In this document: piece after piece, positions 46,801 through 61,800 of the stretch
How positions within the stretch are numbered: position 1 is the stretch's first letter
How the letters are laid out: each line of letters opens with the position of its first letter
Source: Endomicrobiales bacterium
GTDB taxonomy: Bacteria; Elusimicrobiota; Endomicrobiia; Endomicrobiales; JALOBY01
Direction: 5' to 3'
DNA: 64,000 nucleotides
Assembly (NCBI GenBank): GCA_963796955.1
Contig: CAWCNJ010000004.1
Coordinates: 96,001-160,000, forward strand
Program-made: the position numbers and the translations under genes
Notes under the pieces: model-generated
The model's input: the letters and a program-made list of their open reading frames with translations, nothing else
The model's database searches: none
Told to the model about the DNA's origin: nothing

Positions 46801-49800
46801 CCAGAATACCCAGTGGCCGCAGAGCAACTACGTTATATTGTTCGATTCCATACCGCCGCAGGCCGCAATGACCTCGCCGGTAAACAACGCGATCACCAAC
46901 ACGCTTCCGCTGCTTACCGGTACCGCTCAGGACCTTCCGTCGGTCAATTCCGGCATAGACAAGATACTGGTTGCGGTTCGCGAGATAGATCCCGTCGGTA
47001 ACTGGTATAATCCGGCTACCTCATCGTTCACGTATGCGGGCGCTACGCCTCCGTATTCCACCGCCACCTGGATCAGCGCCGGCGCCCCGCACTGGGAATT
47101 GACCTGCCCGGCGCTGCGCGACGGTTACCAATATTTTGTTCAAGTATACGGCCGCGATAATGCCGGCAACAACGGCGCGGTTTCATCTCCTTCAGTGTTC
47201 AGATATGACGTCACGCCGCCGGTGGCTGCGCTGACGTATCCGTATAAATCGTGGCACGTTTCGCTGCCTACCATAAGCGGTACCGCAGCCGATAACGGCT
47301 ACACCGGTTCTTCTGTCGCGAGTATTTTGGTTACATATCAGGATAACCCGCCGGGAGGCCTGTGGTACGACGGCGTAACCTTCTCCAAAGGTACCATGTT
47401 CACGGCCACCTGGGTAAGTACGGGTATCGTGGGTGCGCCGAATTGGACGGAATCACAAACGCCGGCGTTCTCTAATAACCGCTGGTATCAGGTAGCCGCG
47501 AAAGCTGTTGACCTTGCGGGGAACGAAAGTCTCGTTGCCTCGCAGAATTTCCGCCTGGATAACGTGCCGCCGCTTTCAGCGGTAACCCAGCCCGCAACCG
47601 GCAAGTATTACAACGCGGTCAGCGCCGTTACCGGTACCGCATTTGACGCCGACAGCGGTATTGATAAGCTCCAGGTGCGGATTTTCGACGTCACCAGCAA
47701 TCTTTCCTGGTTCGGCGCGTCTCAAGGATGGAAAGATAACGGTGTTTACGGCTCTTCCTGGGTGGCGGTAAGCAATGTGTACGCCTCCAGCTGGTCTTAT
47801 ACGGACAGCGTCGGCTACGCGACAGGCAAAACCTACCGCATAACTTCACAGGCGCAGGACGTTGCCGGTTCCAATGAAGCACCCGGCGATATCCCCGCGT
47901 ATGACACTGAATTCTATTATGATAATTCGACCCCCCAGTCTGTGATCACGCTGCCCAGCCAGCCCGGCTCCGTTAAATATTACCGTCAGCTGCCGGTGAT
48001 ATCTGGTACGTCCCTGGACCAGCCGGCTGTGGGCGCAAGCGGCATCAGCATGGTGGAAGTTGCGGTAGAGAACAAGTCCCGGTCCGGCGCGAACTGGTGG
48101 GGTGGGGCGGATTATAACCAGGCTACATCGGGTTGGGCGGTGGCGGCGGGAACGATGTCATGGACGTATAGCTTCAACAACTGGACCGACGGTAATGCGT
48201 ATCTGGTACTGTCCCGCGCATATGACAAAACATTGCCGGCCCCGGGTTTAATAGAGAATTCCTTCGCGGTCGCGGTGAACTCGGTAACCTTCGTGTGCGA
48301 TACTTCGTCGCCCACCAGCACTATATCGTGGCCTCCATCCAACAACTATATCACCAACACGCTCAGCAGCATCAGCGGCACCACGATCGATGCGCTCAGC
48401 GGTGTCAGTGTTACCAAGGTTGGCATAAAACTTAACAACGGCGGCTGGTGGAACGGCACGGATTTCACGGGCGCCGAAGCCTATTTCAATTCTTCTCCTT
48501 TGACATCCGGCAATACCTCGTGGGCATACGGCGGCTTTGCCGCGGGTCTGGTAGACCAAAGCACGTTCACGGTCTTCGCGGTGGGCTACGACAACGCCCT
48601 GCCTGCGCCGGGCAACTATGAAACCGTGCTTTCATCGGTAACGTTCATTTATGATATTACGCGCCCGACTTCCACGATCACCGTGCCGTCTAATCTTTTG
48701 AACACGAAGACATTGCCCACGATCTCCGGCACAGCGTTCGATACGTTCGGTGTAGCCTCCGTCAATGTGCTGGTACGCGACCTGCTTTACCCCGCTACCT
48801 ATTGGCAGAGCGGCGCCACCTGGGGCCCCGCGATAACCTGGCACCCCGCGGCATATGCCAATGGGTCCTGGACGATGGCCTCGCCTGCGTTCACGGACGG
48901 CCATTCATACGAGCTGAAATCCATGGCCACGGACACCGCCGGCAACCCGGAGATCCCGGGCCTTGCCCAGACAGCAACCTTCAGCTACGATACGACGCCT
49001 CCGGATTCTAACGTTGCCTATCCGGTTAACGGCCATTATTACCCCAACCCGACAATTATAAACGGTACGGCTTCCGATACGTTCACGGGGATCGCCTCTG
49101 TATCGGTCATTATCAAACAGGTCAACAACACTAACTACTGGAACGGCAGCAGCTGGGTACCCGGTGTAGAGCAGGAACTTCCTACGACGTGGAACAATGT
49201 GGCGGGCACCTGGAGCCGCAGCACCGGGTTGCCGGTATGGGCAGACGCCACGCTCTACCAGATACAAAGCAAAGCGTATGATAAAGCCGGCAATGTGCAG
49301 ATAACGCCGCTGCACCCCGGCTCAACCTGGTACTGTGAACAGTCCGGCCCGACGTCAGGTATCACCCTTCCGGTCATGCCGCAACGCGAATATAATTCTC
49401 TTCCCGTGGTATCGGGAACCGCGAACGATTCTTTCGGCATCAACATGGTAGAGCTGCGCGTATTCGATATATCGACGGGCGAGACCTGGGATGAGACCGT
49501 GCCCGGCTGGGTTGCCGGCGATCAGGATATATGGAACCTGGCGACGGGCGCAAGCACCAGCGGCGGGACTATCAGCTGGACGTATCCGAAAGGTTCTATT
49601 ACCTGGCTTGACAACCGCAATTACCGCCTTTCTTCCCGGGCGCAAAACGTAGCCGGCACCTTTGAAACGGGCTGGTCTTCGAATACGTTCAAGTGCGACA
49701 TTTCATCGCCGACCGCGTATGTAAGCGTCCCGGCGAATAACGCCATTATTTCATCGCTGCCGACGATATCGGGCAAGGTGTATGACGCTTCCAATACGAC

Positions 49801-52800
49801 GCTGGTCCGCATGGGTCTGCACCGCCTTTCGGACAACCATTACTGGACCTTCGATGGCTGGACCGGCTCGCAGAACTGGGAGAACGCGGCCGGCGGCGGG
49901 ACCGGACTTCAGGACTGGACCTACACCCATGCCAGTTTTGCCGACGGTTCGGCGTTCCAGACGGGCGTAACCTACGCCATTGACGTTGAAGCCCGCGATA
50001 ACACCTTACCGGCGAAGAATATCAGCACACTGCTATCCACGTGCACGTTCATATTCGACAATCAGGGCCCGCTTACCGGCATCAGCGCCCCGGCTGACGG
50101 CGGCTCTTACAATGCCAGCTCTATCGGCGCCATCTTCGGTACCAGCTACGATTCTCCGGCGGGGCCCAACCATGTACTGCTCTCAGTCCATGATCTCAGC
50201 GGCGCCGCGGGCAGGTACTTTAGCGATGACGGCGCCGGCGGCGCGACCTGGTTGTCGCCGGTCCCTGAATACTGGATAGCTATCGCTTCCGCGGCTGCCG
50301 GCGGTGTTACCGTGCAATGGTCTTACAACCAGCCGGCCCTCAGCTGGACCGACGGCCACTTCTATACCGTGCGTGCGCAGGGCGTCGACAATATCGGTAA
50401 CGCCGGCGCCGTTATTTCCAGCGCGACGTTCATTTACGATATGACCAAGCCGACCTCCACCATTACGGACGCACGTAAAGGCGACGGTTCAACGGTCTCG
50501 CCTCTCAATAACGCATATATAGAGGATATTCGTTATATTGAAGGCACAGCCCAGGACCCGATACCTCCCGCGCTCAACGCCTCTGGTGTTCCTTCCGGCG
50601 GCGTGCAGTACTGCATAATAATGGAGTCAAATACTCCGACGTACGAGAACGGCATACCCGACGCGAATTTCGATTATCAATGGAACGGCTCCACCTGGAC
50701 GTTGTTCACCGGCGCCTACAACTGGCGCACGGCGAACGGCGGCATCAGCTGGTTCAGCGAGGATATGACCGGCAAGTGGTATTCCGGCCGCTGGTACCTG
50801 GTAAAGGCGCGGGCCATTGACAGAGCCGGCAACGTGCAGGATGACACGATCATGCCTTGGACGCGGTTCGCGGTAACCTTGCCTGCAAAGACCTTTAATG
50901 TCACCGTAAATAATCTGAGCCCGGTGGCAGGCCAGCTTGTTTCAGCGACCGTAGAGGCGAAAGATGCCAACGGCGACCGCGCCCGCAATTATCAGGGCAG
51001 GATCCGCTTCAGCGTTGACGGCCTTATCGCCTCGCCCGGCGGACCTGAAATGCCTAATACCGGCGGTGTCTACCAGGCGGAAGAAGGCTGGCTGCCCTCG
51101 GATTATTACTACACCTCGCTCGGCCAGGGCATACACACATTCAATGTCCTGATCGCGACGGAATCTCTGAAGCTGGTGAAGGGCGGCGCGGGCAACCGTG
51201 TTCTGCACGCGACCGATATAGACGATAACAGCATAACCGGCCAGGTTTCATTTAACGTTGCACCCGCCGCGGCCGAGAAACTTCGTGTGCTGGTGCCCGG
51301 CACCGCCGAAGCGCCCGGTGTTGTCGGCGGTATCAGCGGCTCCGTTATCGCGCAAACGGCCGGAACGCCGTTCACCGTTACTGCGCAAGCAGTAGACAAA
51401 TACTGGAACATCAACCCGTCCGCCGTCACGACCGTCCGCCTGAGCGCGACCGACCCCTATGCTTCGCCGCTGACACAGGTTAATACTCTTACCAACGGGA
51501 CCACCACGTATGATATCGCCCTGATGCAGCGCGGTTATCAGAACCTTACGGTTACGGATACCGGCGCCAGCGCCTGGACGTCGCAGACAACACCGCTGCC
51601 GGTGCAGGTTAACGCGGCGCTGGTAAATAAACTTATGGTATTGCTGCCCAACCAGACCCCGGTTTGGGGCAAGCCGCCCTACGACCCGCCGTTCTCAGAC
51701 GGCGGCCGCTCTACCACCACCGTTATGGCTCAAACCGCGGGCGCGCCCTTTACAGTAACCGTATACGCCGTAGACCGTTTCTGGAATAAACGTGACGATA
51801 CCGCCGCCAGTGTTCTTGTTGAGACAACCGACCCTTATGACGTTGAGCCTTCAACACGTCCGCTCTCAAATGGTTCCACCACATTTACGGTAACGCTGAT
51901 AACTTCCGCCACGCAGTATGTAAGCTCCAAGATATTCAGCGGCCCCGTTGTTTCAAGCGGCACCTCCAACGGCGTCTATGTACAGCCTACCACTGCGGAG
52001 AATTTACAGGTGCTGGTGCCGGGTGAAACAGCCATACCCGGAAAAGCTAATCTCGCAGAGTCAAAATATTTCGGCCAAAGCGCGCCTTTCGGCAAGACCG
52101 GAACGCCTTCAAACCTGACGGCGGGAACGACCTATGCCGTTACCGTGAACCTCGTCGACCGCTATTTCAACGTCGTGCCGAACGCGTCGATGCCGGAAAT
52201 AACCATGAATATCGCGCCCTACGCCTTCGGCGGCGGCGACTTCCATAGAAGCTAATCCTTTAAGTGCGACGTTGTCACAGGGTACGCGCCAGTTCATCAT
52301 TCGTTATATGGTATCCACCGGCCAGACCAACGGTCCGGCCAGCCGCGTGATAACGGTCTCTCCCGACCTCAGCTATAATCCCGATACCAGCGCTTCTATC
52401 GCTGTCATGCCGGCTTCCATAGCGAAGCTGCAGCTGATAGTGCCCGGCGAAGTAGCGGCCCCGGGCGTGTCGGCGGGCAAGAACAATACTCCGACAAGCC
52501 GCATCGCGGGCAGTTCCTTTAACGTGACTGTCAGATCGGTAGACCAATACTGGAACCTTAATTCCGCCGGGGCTGCGAGCGTCAACATCGAATCAAGCGA
52601 TCCCTTTATGCAGCCGGCGGCGCCGACCAGCAATTTGAGCGGCGGTGTTAAAACTATCGCCATAACGCTCCGCAAGGCGCGCACGGATAACAGTGATATA
52701 AATCCCATAACACACACTATAGGCGTGTACTCGTCCGATACGCCCGCCTGGAGCAGCATGACGGTGACCGGTATACCGATCACACCCAACAACGCCCAGT

Positions 52801-55800
52801 CGCTGCTGCAAATAGTGCTGCCCGGTGAAACGGCCGCCCCCGGCCATCCTAACGGGAAAACCGGCTCGCCCGCGCCGCTGCAGGCAGGCGCTAACCTTGC
52901 GGTAACGGTGAATGCCACGGATAATCAATGGAACCGCATAGCCGGTGTTTCTCACAGTATGCTGTTGAGCTCTCCCGCTGATATATATTCCGTAATACCG
53001 CCGGCCGTCGCCATGACGGAAGGTCAATGTGTGTTCTCGGACGCCACCGCCTATAAGCCGTACCTGGCGACGGTGCAAACGCTGCATGTGGATGACCAGG
53101 ATATTACGCCGCCGATATATGCCAGCACCACGACCTTGCCCTTTACGGTCACCGCGGCGCCTGCCAACCGTTTCCAGGTGCTGCTGCCTAACCAGGCAAA
53201 CCAGCCGGGCCGCTGGTCCGGCGCATTTACCAATGCGGGATCAGCGCCGTATGGCAAGGTAAATTCGGTACAGGCGCGCACGGCCGGCTCCTCTTTCGTC
53301 GCGACAGTGAATGCCTGCGATACCTATTGGAATATCGCGTCGACTGATGTTATCGTGCAGGTGCTGCCGATGGTGAACGCGGGTACCCAGGATACGTTTG
53401 CCGCGGTAAGCCCGTCAACGGCTTCATTAGTTAACACATCTACGCATACGGTGACTTTCTTCAGCGGCGGCACATTCCGCTATGTGGAAGCCCTTCCCTA
53501 TACCGGCGGTCTGCTGATGCAGTTGAGCGAGGGCATGCAGATAAACGCCGATCTGGCCAGCCGCCTGCAATTGCTGGTAAACGGCGAAACTCCGGCCCCC
53601 GGGAAACCTCCATACTCCGATTCTACCGGCGGCAAGAACGGCGCGCCGCTTAAACAGACAGCCGGCACGGCTTTCAATATTACCGTTAGAGTGACCGACC
53701 CGTACCATAACACGGCTACGCCTGCCGGTAACCCGGACATAACCGTCCGTCTTACCTCGGATGATACTTTTGACAAGTCCTTTGACGATCAGCACCTTAA
53801 CACCGGCAACAGCTATAACCTGGCCTATACCTGGACGCTTATAACCGCTACCACCAACGGCTGGACCTTGTCAGGCGATGATATCGCCCCTAACACGTAC
53901 GACACAGCTTTCTCACTGCCTGTGAAAGTCAATCCGCACGGTGACGATGCCGGCAATGGTTTCCCGCGTAAATTACAGGTACTGTTGCCTGGTGAAACGG
54001 CCGTACCCGGCAAATATAACGACGGCATCAACAGCGCGCCCTACGGCAAGTCGGGCATTCCTCTGGTACAAACGGCCGGCACGGCTTACCCTGTTACAGT
54101 AAACGCCGTTGACTTCTACTGGAACAGAGTGGACGACGCCCTGTATGGTATATCGCCTCTTGAAGGCAATCCCGGCGTGCACATTGTAACTTCTGACCTT
54201 TACGATACCGACCCGGCTGATAACGCGCTCGTTAACGGCATCAGAGTTTTCTCAGCAATGGCTGTTACCGCCGGGACATTTACCGTTACAGCCAGTGATA
54301 TCTATGATTCGCAGTATCTGCCATACACCACCTCCGTAGCCACGGCTATCGCAGCAACACCTGCGACTCAGCTGCAGATAATCATGCCGGGTGAAACGGC
54401 GGTGCCGGGCAAGTGGAATAACGGGCTTAACAGCGCGCCGTACGGCAAATCGGGTCTGCCGCTGGTGCAGACAGCCGGCGCGGCATTCACCATCACCGTC
54501 AATGGCTGCGATCAATACTGGAACCGCTGCCAGTCGGGGGCGGCTAATGTGCATATCGCAGCGACCGATCCGTTCTATACGCCGCCGGCCGATAAGTCTC
54601 TGGTCAACGGCCAGACAACGATCTCCCTGACCCTGGTAAGCGTCGGAACCAACACGCTCACCGCCTCTGATTCCAACGCTGTGCTGAACCCCTATTCCGT
54701 TACCGGTGTTACCGTTACGCCGAACGTTCCTGTCCAACTGCAGGTGCTGGTGCCCGGCGAGACCAATGTGGGTGGTAAGCCTTCCGGCAAGCAGGGCAGC
54801 TCGGCCACGCAAATGGCGGGGGCGCCGTTCCTTGTTACGGTGAACGCCTGTGATACTTCCTGGAACAAGACTTCAACATTCACCGTGGTTTCACTTACGG
54901 CGTCAGACTCGCATAGCTCAAACCCGGCGCCGCTCTCTCTGGTGAACGGCAGCACCTACTTTATGGTAACGCTGGTCTGTGCCACCGATGCCGTTAACTG
55001 GAATAATGCCGGCTGGACACTGACCGCCAATGCGCCTGCCTCGACTATGTCAAACTATGTTTCCGCCGCGGTGCCTGTGGCGCCAATAATGATACGAACC
55101 CTGTGAAACGCCGCCTGCTGGCCCTTACGCCGGGTGAAACGCACGAGGGCGGTAAGCCGCCGTACACGGGCAATACCGGCGGTAAAAATGGTTCTCCCGC
55201 GGGCTGTACCGCCGGAACACCGTTTACCGTTACCGCGCTGGCCTGCGATTATTGGTGGAACATCAACACGTCCTTTAATCCTAACGTCAATCTGACGGAT
55301 AACGACCCTAACGCCGCTTATCCTGCGCCGCAGCCGCTGGTTAACGGAACGACCACGTTCACGCAGTTCTTTGTGACCCGCAATGATACCGGCTGGTCGG
55401 TCAGCGTCAACGGCCTTGGTTATGTAGGCTACGATACGCCGAATTTAGTGGTCGCGCCCAATATCGCCACGAAATTACTCGCCCTGCTGCCGGGCCAGTC
55501 GGAGGCCTGGGGCACATACGCCAGCACCCAGCCCGGCCGTTCCGGTATGCCCGCCGACATGGCAGCCGGCACACCCGTGCAGATAACGTTGAGATCCTGC
55601 GACGATTATTACAACTTCCAATCCGTTGATAATTCTCTTATCTCGATAGCGGCCACCGACCCGAACATGTCTATTCCGGCTAACCGGAACCTGTCTAACG
55701 GTGTTACGTTCTATACCATTATCCCGGTGACGGCCGGCACACAGACCATCACGGTCAGCGATATGCAGGCGCCCTTCATGGCTTCCAACCGCTCGGACGT

Positions 55801-58800
55801 CTACCATGTTAATACCGGACCCGTATCGCGCCTGCAGGTGCTGGTGCCCGGCGAGACAAGCCTGCCCGGCTCGGCTTCCGGCAAACAGGGCACGGTTGCC
55901 GTTCAGACAGCCGGTATTCCTTTCAATGTAACGGTTAATGCCACCGACCTGTTCTGGAATATCAAGCTTGACCATAACGATGCTGTCGGCGCGCGGCTGG
56001 ATACGACCGATCCCTGGGACATAAATCCCTCAACTCAGCCGCTGACGAACGGTACCACAATATTCGCCGTAACGCTGGTCACACGCGGCGCGGCCCATAA
56101 ACTGTATGCGGTGGACGCCGGCGCTTACGCCCTTGAAAAAGATACCTCGAGCATTATTACCGTTATCCCTAAGATAGATCAGCTGGCAGAACTGAAGCTG
56201 CAACTTGTCGTGCCGGGTGAGACGGCAGTTGAAGGCAAATGGAACAACGGCGTTAACCCCGTTCCTTACGGCAAGAGCGGTCTTCCCTCAGTTGAGACCG
56301 CTGGTGTTAACTTCACCGTGACCGTCAACATGGTCGATAAATTCTGGAACGTGATCAACAGCGGCGTAGCCATGCAGTATGTACAGTTGATGAACGTTAA
56401 CAAATGCGATCCTTTCGCCGTCTATCCGGGCAGCACGTCGCTGACCAACCGGTACCACCACGTTCATGGTGCAACTGCGGACCAGCGGTTATGGCGCTAA
56501 TCCTTCCAGCTGGACCATTACGGCCCGTGATGTTGACCCCTCTTTGCCGAACCTTACGGATTCCGTTTCGCCTGATGTCGTTGTTCAGCCGAACACCCCC
56601 AAAAACTGGTTCGTGGTCGTGCCCGGCGAAACCTGGGTTCCCGGAAAAACCTCCGGCCTTGCCGGTAAGACGGATATTTCCCTGCCGTCAAATCAGACTG
56701 CCGGCACATCCTTTAATACCACGGTTTACCTGGTTGACGATTATTTCAACGCCGCCAACCTCGGTCCGGCCATGGGTGCTGTTACCGACGATCCAAACGA
56801 TATAGACCCCGGCAGCCAGCTGCTGATCGGCGGTGTAGCCACGGTCCCCGCGACGTTGGTCACCGCATCCACCAGCGGCTGGACCATAACCGCTTCGGGC
56901 GGCGCGTACACCGGCTTTACCACTCCGAAGATCATTGTCGGCCCCGCCGGCCCAAGCCGTATACTTGCACTGCTGCCGGGCGAGCAGTACCTTGCAGGCT
57001 CCGTCACGGGTAAGACGGCAGCGTTGCCCTCGGCGCAGATCGCCGGCACGCCGTTCGTCGTTACCGCGATGATAACCGACAACCGCTGGAACCTGGTCTC
57101 CTCAACATCCTCGCGCCTGGGCTGTTGGACCGAGGACCCGTATGATGTGGAGCCCGCCAGCGCCTCTACAACGAACGGACAGCTGACATTCACGGTGGAG
57201 TTCCACCGCGGCGTGGGGGAAACCTACCGTATACGGGTCTCCACTGACGACGGGAACCTCTTAAGCGCCTACACCACGCCGGCTATCGCATCGAATTTGG
57301 CGCCGCGACAAAATTGCAGCTGCTGGTGCCGGGTGAAACCGCACTGGACGGCTCAAACCTTGGGAAGTCGGGCACGCCTTCATCCTGGACCGCCGATACC
57401 GCCTATACGCTTACCGTGCGCGTGGTGGACAAATACTGGAACCTGAACTCACTGGTGAACACCACGTTTGTAACGTCGTCCAACAATACATTCTATACAC
57501 CGGTCAACGATACCACCAGCAGCGGCAACAAGCTGTTCAATACGTCCTTGCCCACGATCTCACCGACGGGTTGGACCATAACGGTTTCAACAGCGGCCGG
57601 TTCTTCGAACAGTTATCTCACCGGCAACACATCGCCCAATATCCCGGTTACCGCCGGCGCACCGCGGCAGCTGCTGGTCGTGCTGCCGGGAGAATCCCCG
57701 CAGGCGGGCTCCGGCACCGGTAAGCGGCACGCCGGATCTTCAGACTGCCGGTGCGGGTTTTGCGGTCTCGGTCTATGCGACCGACAGTAAGTGGAACCAA
57801 TCAACATCAACTCAGACTATTCGTATTACGACCGATGACCCGTATGATATCGAACCTGTGAGCCAGCAGCTTTCGGGCGGCTACGCCGTGTTCGTTTCAA
57901 CGCTGGTCACGGGCAATGCCGGTTCCATGAACTCCGCGAACCGCGTTACGACCATAACAGCCTCGGACATTACCGGCAGCGGCTCAACGTTAACTGCCGG
58001 TCTCGCACAGGTTACGGTGCAGCCTGATAACGCTCATGCGTCTACACTGCAATTACTGTTGCCGGGTGAATTACATGTCCCCGGGAAACCTCCCTATCAA
58101 GTGCCGTTCGGAGGACGATCAGGTGTTCCACAACAATTAACAGCTGGAACGACATATTCCGTTACAGTAAACGCCTGCGATACGTATTGGAACATCAGTC
58201 CGATTCAGATGCCTTTGATAGAAATGGACAATACCGATGTATATAATGTGCCAGTCTACCGTACCCTTGCCAATGGAACTAATGTATTCCCTGTGTACAT
58301 GCGGCGCGCAACATTGTATCAGGAAGGGCTGATCAATTCAGCAACGATCACGATTGTTCATTCCGCGATCCCGCAGCTATATTCTGCAGCGATGAGCACA
58401 TTTTCCGTCGTTCCAGAAGCGTCTGGGAAGAACTTTATTATTTTGGTGCCTGGGCAGACGCACCTGCCGGGTACAATTACCGGCACAAACGGCGGCGCAA
58501 CTAATCAAACAGCGGGCATACCGTTCCGCGTAACGGTTGATTGTGTAGACAGTTTCAACAATATTGTGCCCACGGCTAACCCGCTTGTTACTATGACATC
58601 GAGCGATCCCAATGATGGCGTTGGCGCCGAAACCGGCATAGGCTGGGATCCTGTCTCTCAATCGCTCTTTGTGGGCTGTACATATTTCATGGTGAACCTT
58701 GTCACTGCTAACACAAGCCATATACTTACTGCCGCGCAAACAGATGGTAAAATACCGTACTACGGCATAACAAATTCTCTCCCGGTCTACGTAAATCCCG

Positions 58801-61800
58801 GCGCCCCAGCAAATTACAGGTGTTGTTGCCGGGAGAAAGTGGTCTGCCAAATACTACCGTTGGTAAGACCGGGACGCCGCTTGCACAGGTTGCCGGTACT
58901 CAGTTCTTCGTTACCGTCAACGTTACGGATATCCTCTGGAACGTGAACAATTCAGTCGGCCCCATGGTAAGTGTTCGCACCAGCGATCAGTATGATGTTG
59001 AACCCGGCACCGCATCCCTGACTGCCGGAACAGGACCATTCCTGGTAACATTGCCGACAGCTTCAACCTCACATTTGATATTTGCTTATGATACCAGCAA
59101 TACATACTCTACAGGTACTGCCACCATGTTCCAGGTCTCACCGGCGCCTGCAGCTAGGTTGCACATCGTGCTGCCCGGCGAAACCTATACGCCAGGCAAA
59201 CCTCCATATGACGGCACGGGTGGTAAGACAAATGCGCCTGTCACCCAGACTGCCGGCCAATCATTTACCCCCACAGTGTACTTAACCGATCTGTACTACA
59301 ATATCCGTTCAGGTGATGTAAGTAACACTGTATTTATTCATTCATCGGATCCTAATTTTAGCGCGCCTTCCGGACAGAGCATAAACAGCGGGCAGGTATC
59401 AATACCTGTAAGATTGGTTACTTATAATACGCAAACGGTCGGAGCAACTTATCAGGATTTATCTATAAGTTCGACGACGTCAACACCACTGTATGTGCAG
59501 CCAAATGCTCCTGCTAGAATGCAAATAGTAGCGCCCGGTGAAACTTCGCGTCCTGGCAAATGGAACAATGGTTCTAACATACAACCTTTTGGCAAGTCCG
59601 GGACGCCCAATCAGGTTACGGCGGGTAGTTCTTTCCAAGTAACAGTTACGGCCTGTGATAATTATTATAACCCTACAACCGCTCAACCAGATGCCACAGT
59701 TACTACCACAGATCCCTATGATGTAGAGCCGGCCACCCAGACCCTGCTGAACGGGTCAACGACTTTCACCATAACATTGGTAACGCAGCGCGTTACCATA
59801 GCTTCGGCGACCGCAAGCGGCTATACGCCTGACTATACGGGTAACATAACGGTTAACGCAGCCTCGGCCTCCGGATTGCAGATCATCCTGCCGGGCGAAA
59901 CGGCGGTACAGGGTAAGTGGAATGTTGAACCCGCGGGCAAGACCGGTGCCCCGGCTGCAGCGACGGCGGGCACTCCCTTTAGCGTGACGGTGCGGGCGAT
60001 AGACCCGCACTTCAATCTATGCAATATAAGCCAGACCATCGATCTGGAAAGCAACGACCCTAACGATGCCAACCATACCGGCGTCCCTCAGCAGAATAAT
60101 TTGTCCGGCGGATCGGCGACATACAACCGCATACTGCTGACGGCGAATACCAGCTGGATATTTACCGCCACAGACCGCGACCCGAGTTTGCCGTCCCTGA
60201 ACCCGGCGGTTTCCACACCGGTATGGGTGAATGCCGGCACGCCGTGGCGCATACTGGCACTGGTGCCGGGTGAAACGTATCTGCCGGGCAATACCGTAAG
60301 CCAGGGCGGCGGCAAGGGCGGCTCGCCGCTGCAGCAGACCGCGGGTGTGCCTTTTGTTACCACCGTTATCGCCTGCGATCTGAATTGGAATAATGTGCCC
60401 GGTGAAACGTCGGTCGTGGACCTTAGGTCGACGGATAATTTTGCGGATCTGCCGGCTGGCTATCAGGAACACGGTTTTGGCGCGGACGGCCGCACGACTT
60501 TCACGAACACTATCTACACCGCCAGCACGCAAACCTTCTACGCTTCAGGCGTCGGCGAGCCGGTGCTGAACCACGGCAACATACTTAACCCCTATACCAG
60601 CTCGGTCGTTACCGTGGTTTCTTCCGACGCCGTCAAGATGCAGGTGCTGCTGCCGGGTGAAACGTACGTGGCCGGCAAGCCGCCCTATAATCTCGGCGGA
60701 GGCGGCAAGGGCGGGGCGCCGACCCAGCGGGTAGCAGGCGTGCCGTTCAATGTCACTGCCAGAGAAGTGGACCCTTACTGGAATACCGTTACTTCTATTG
60801 TTTCACAGGTGCGTTGCGATACGGACGATCCCTACGATGTGCAACCCGCTATAGCGCCGTTGGCGGGCGGTCTGCGCATATTCCCTATCGATCTGGTCAC
60901 GGCATCAACCTGGACAATAACTGCCGTCGATACTGATGATGCCGCTATTGCCGTGAATGTTTCTTCGCCGGTCTACGTTGCGCCTAATAGTGCCGACCGC
61001 CTGCAGGTGCTGTTGCCGGGTGAAACCGCGGTAGCCGGAAAATTCGACGGCAAAACGGGATCGGCAACACCGCGTACCGCCGGAGTGCTTTTCGCGGCCC
61101 AGGTCAGACTGACAGATGCCTACTGGAACACTATTTACGCCGGCGCGATGCCCACAGTTTCCCTCGGTTCTACGGACGTCTATTGGAGTACCCCAACCGC
61201 GAAGACGCTGGTGGCGGGGGTGGTCAATTTCTCTGGTGTGTCCGGCCTGACGCTGGTCACTGCCACGACAACCACCATTTTTGCGGATGGCGGCGGTTAC
61301 ACCACCGGTGTTTCATCACCGGTACTGGTTATGCCTAATACCGCTACAAAAACGATCGTTGTCGTTCCCGGTGAAACACAGGTTAACGGAAAGAACGTGC
61401 CGCCTCTGGGCCGCAGCGGAACGCCCGCCACCGAGACGGCCGGGCAGATGTTCACCATAACGGTTTATGCGGTGGACGGTAATAATAACTTCGTCAATAC
61501 CGTGAATATAAATCCGGTGAACATCATAACATCCGATATTTACGACACCGATCCGGGTAATTTGAACATGGTTAACGGATTGATAACGACTAACGTAACC
61601 ATAAAGACGGCTAAAGCAACCGTTGTCTCGGCGCTTCCGGGCGGCGCACCTCTTGCTCAGGGCGATTCTTCCAGCATCCCGGTGGTAAGCGGTGTGGCCA
61701 GAAGGCTGCAAGTGTTGTTGCCCGGCGAAACCGCGGATCCCGGCTCAGTAAGCGGCAAGATCGGCTCTCCAGGCAACCAGGTTGCCGGTTACAGCTTCAA

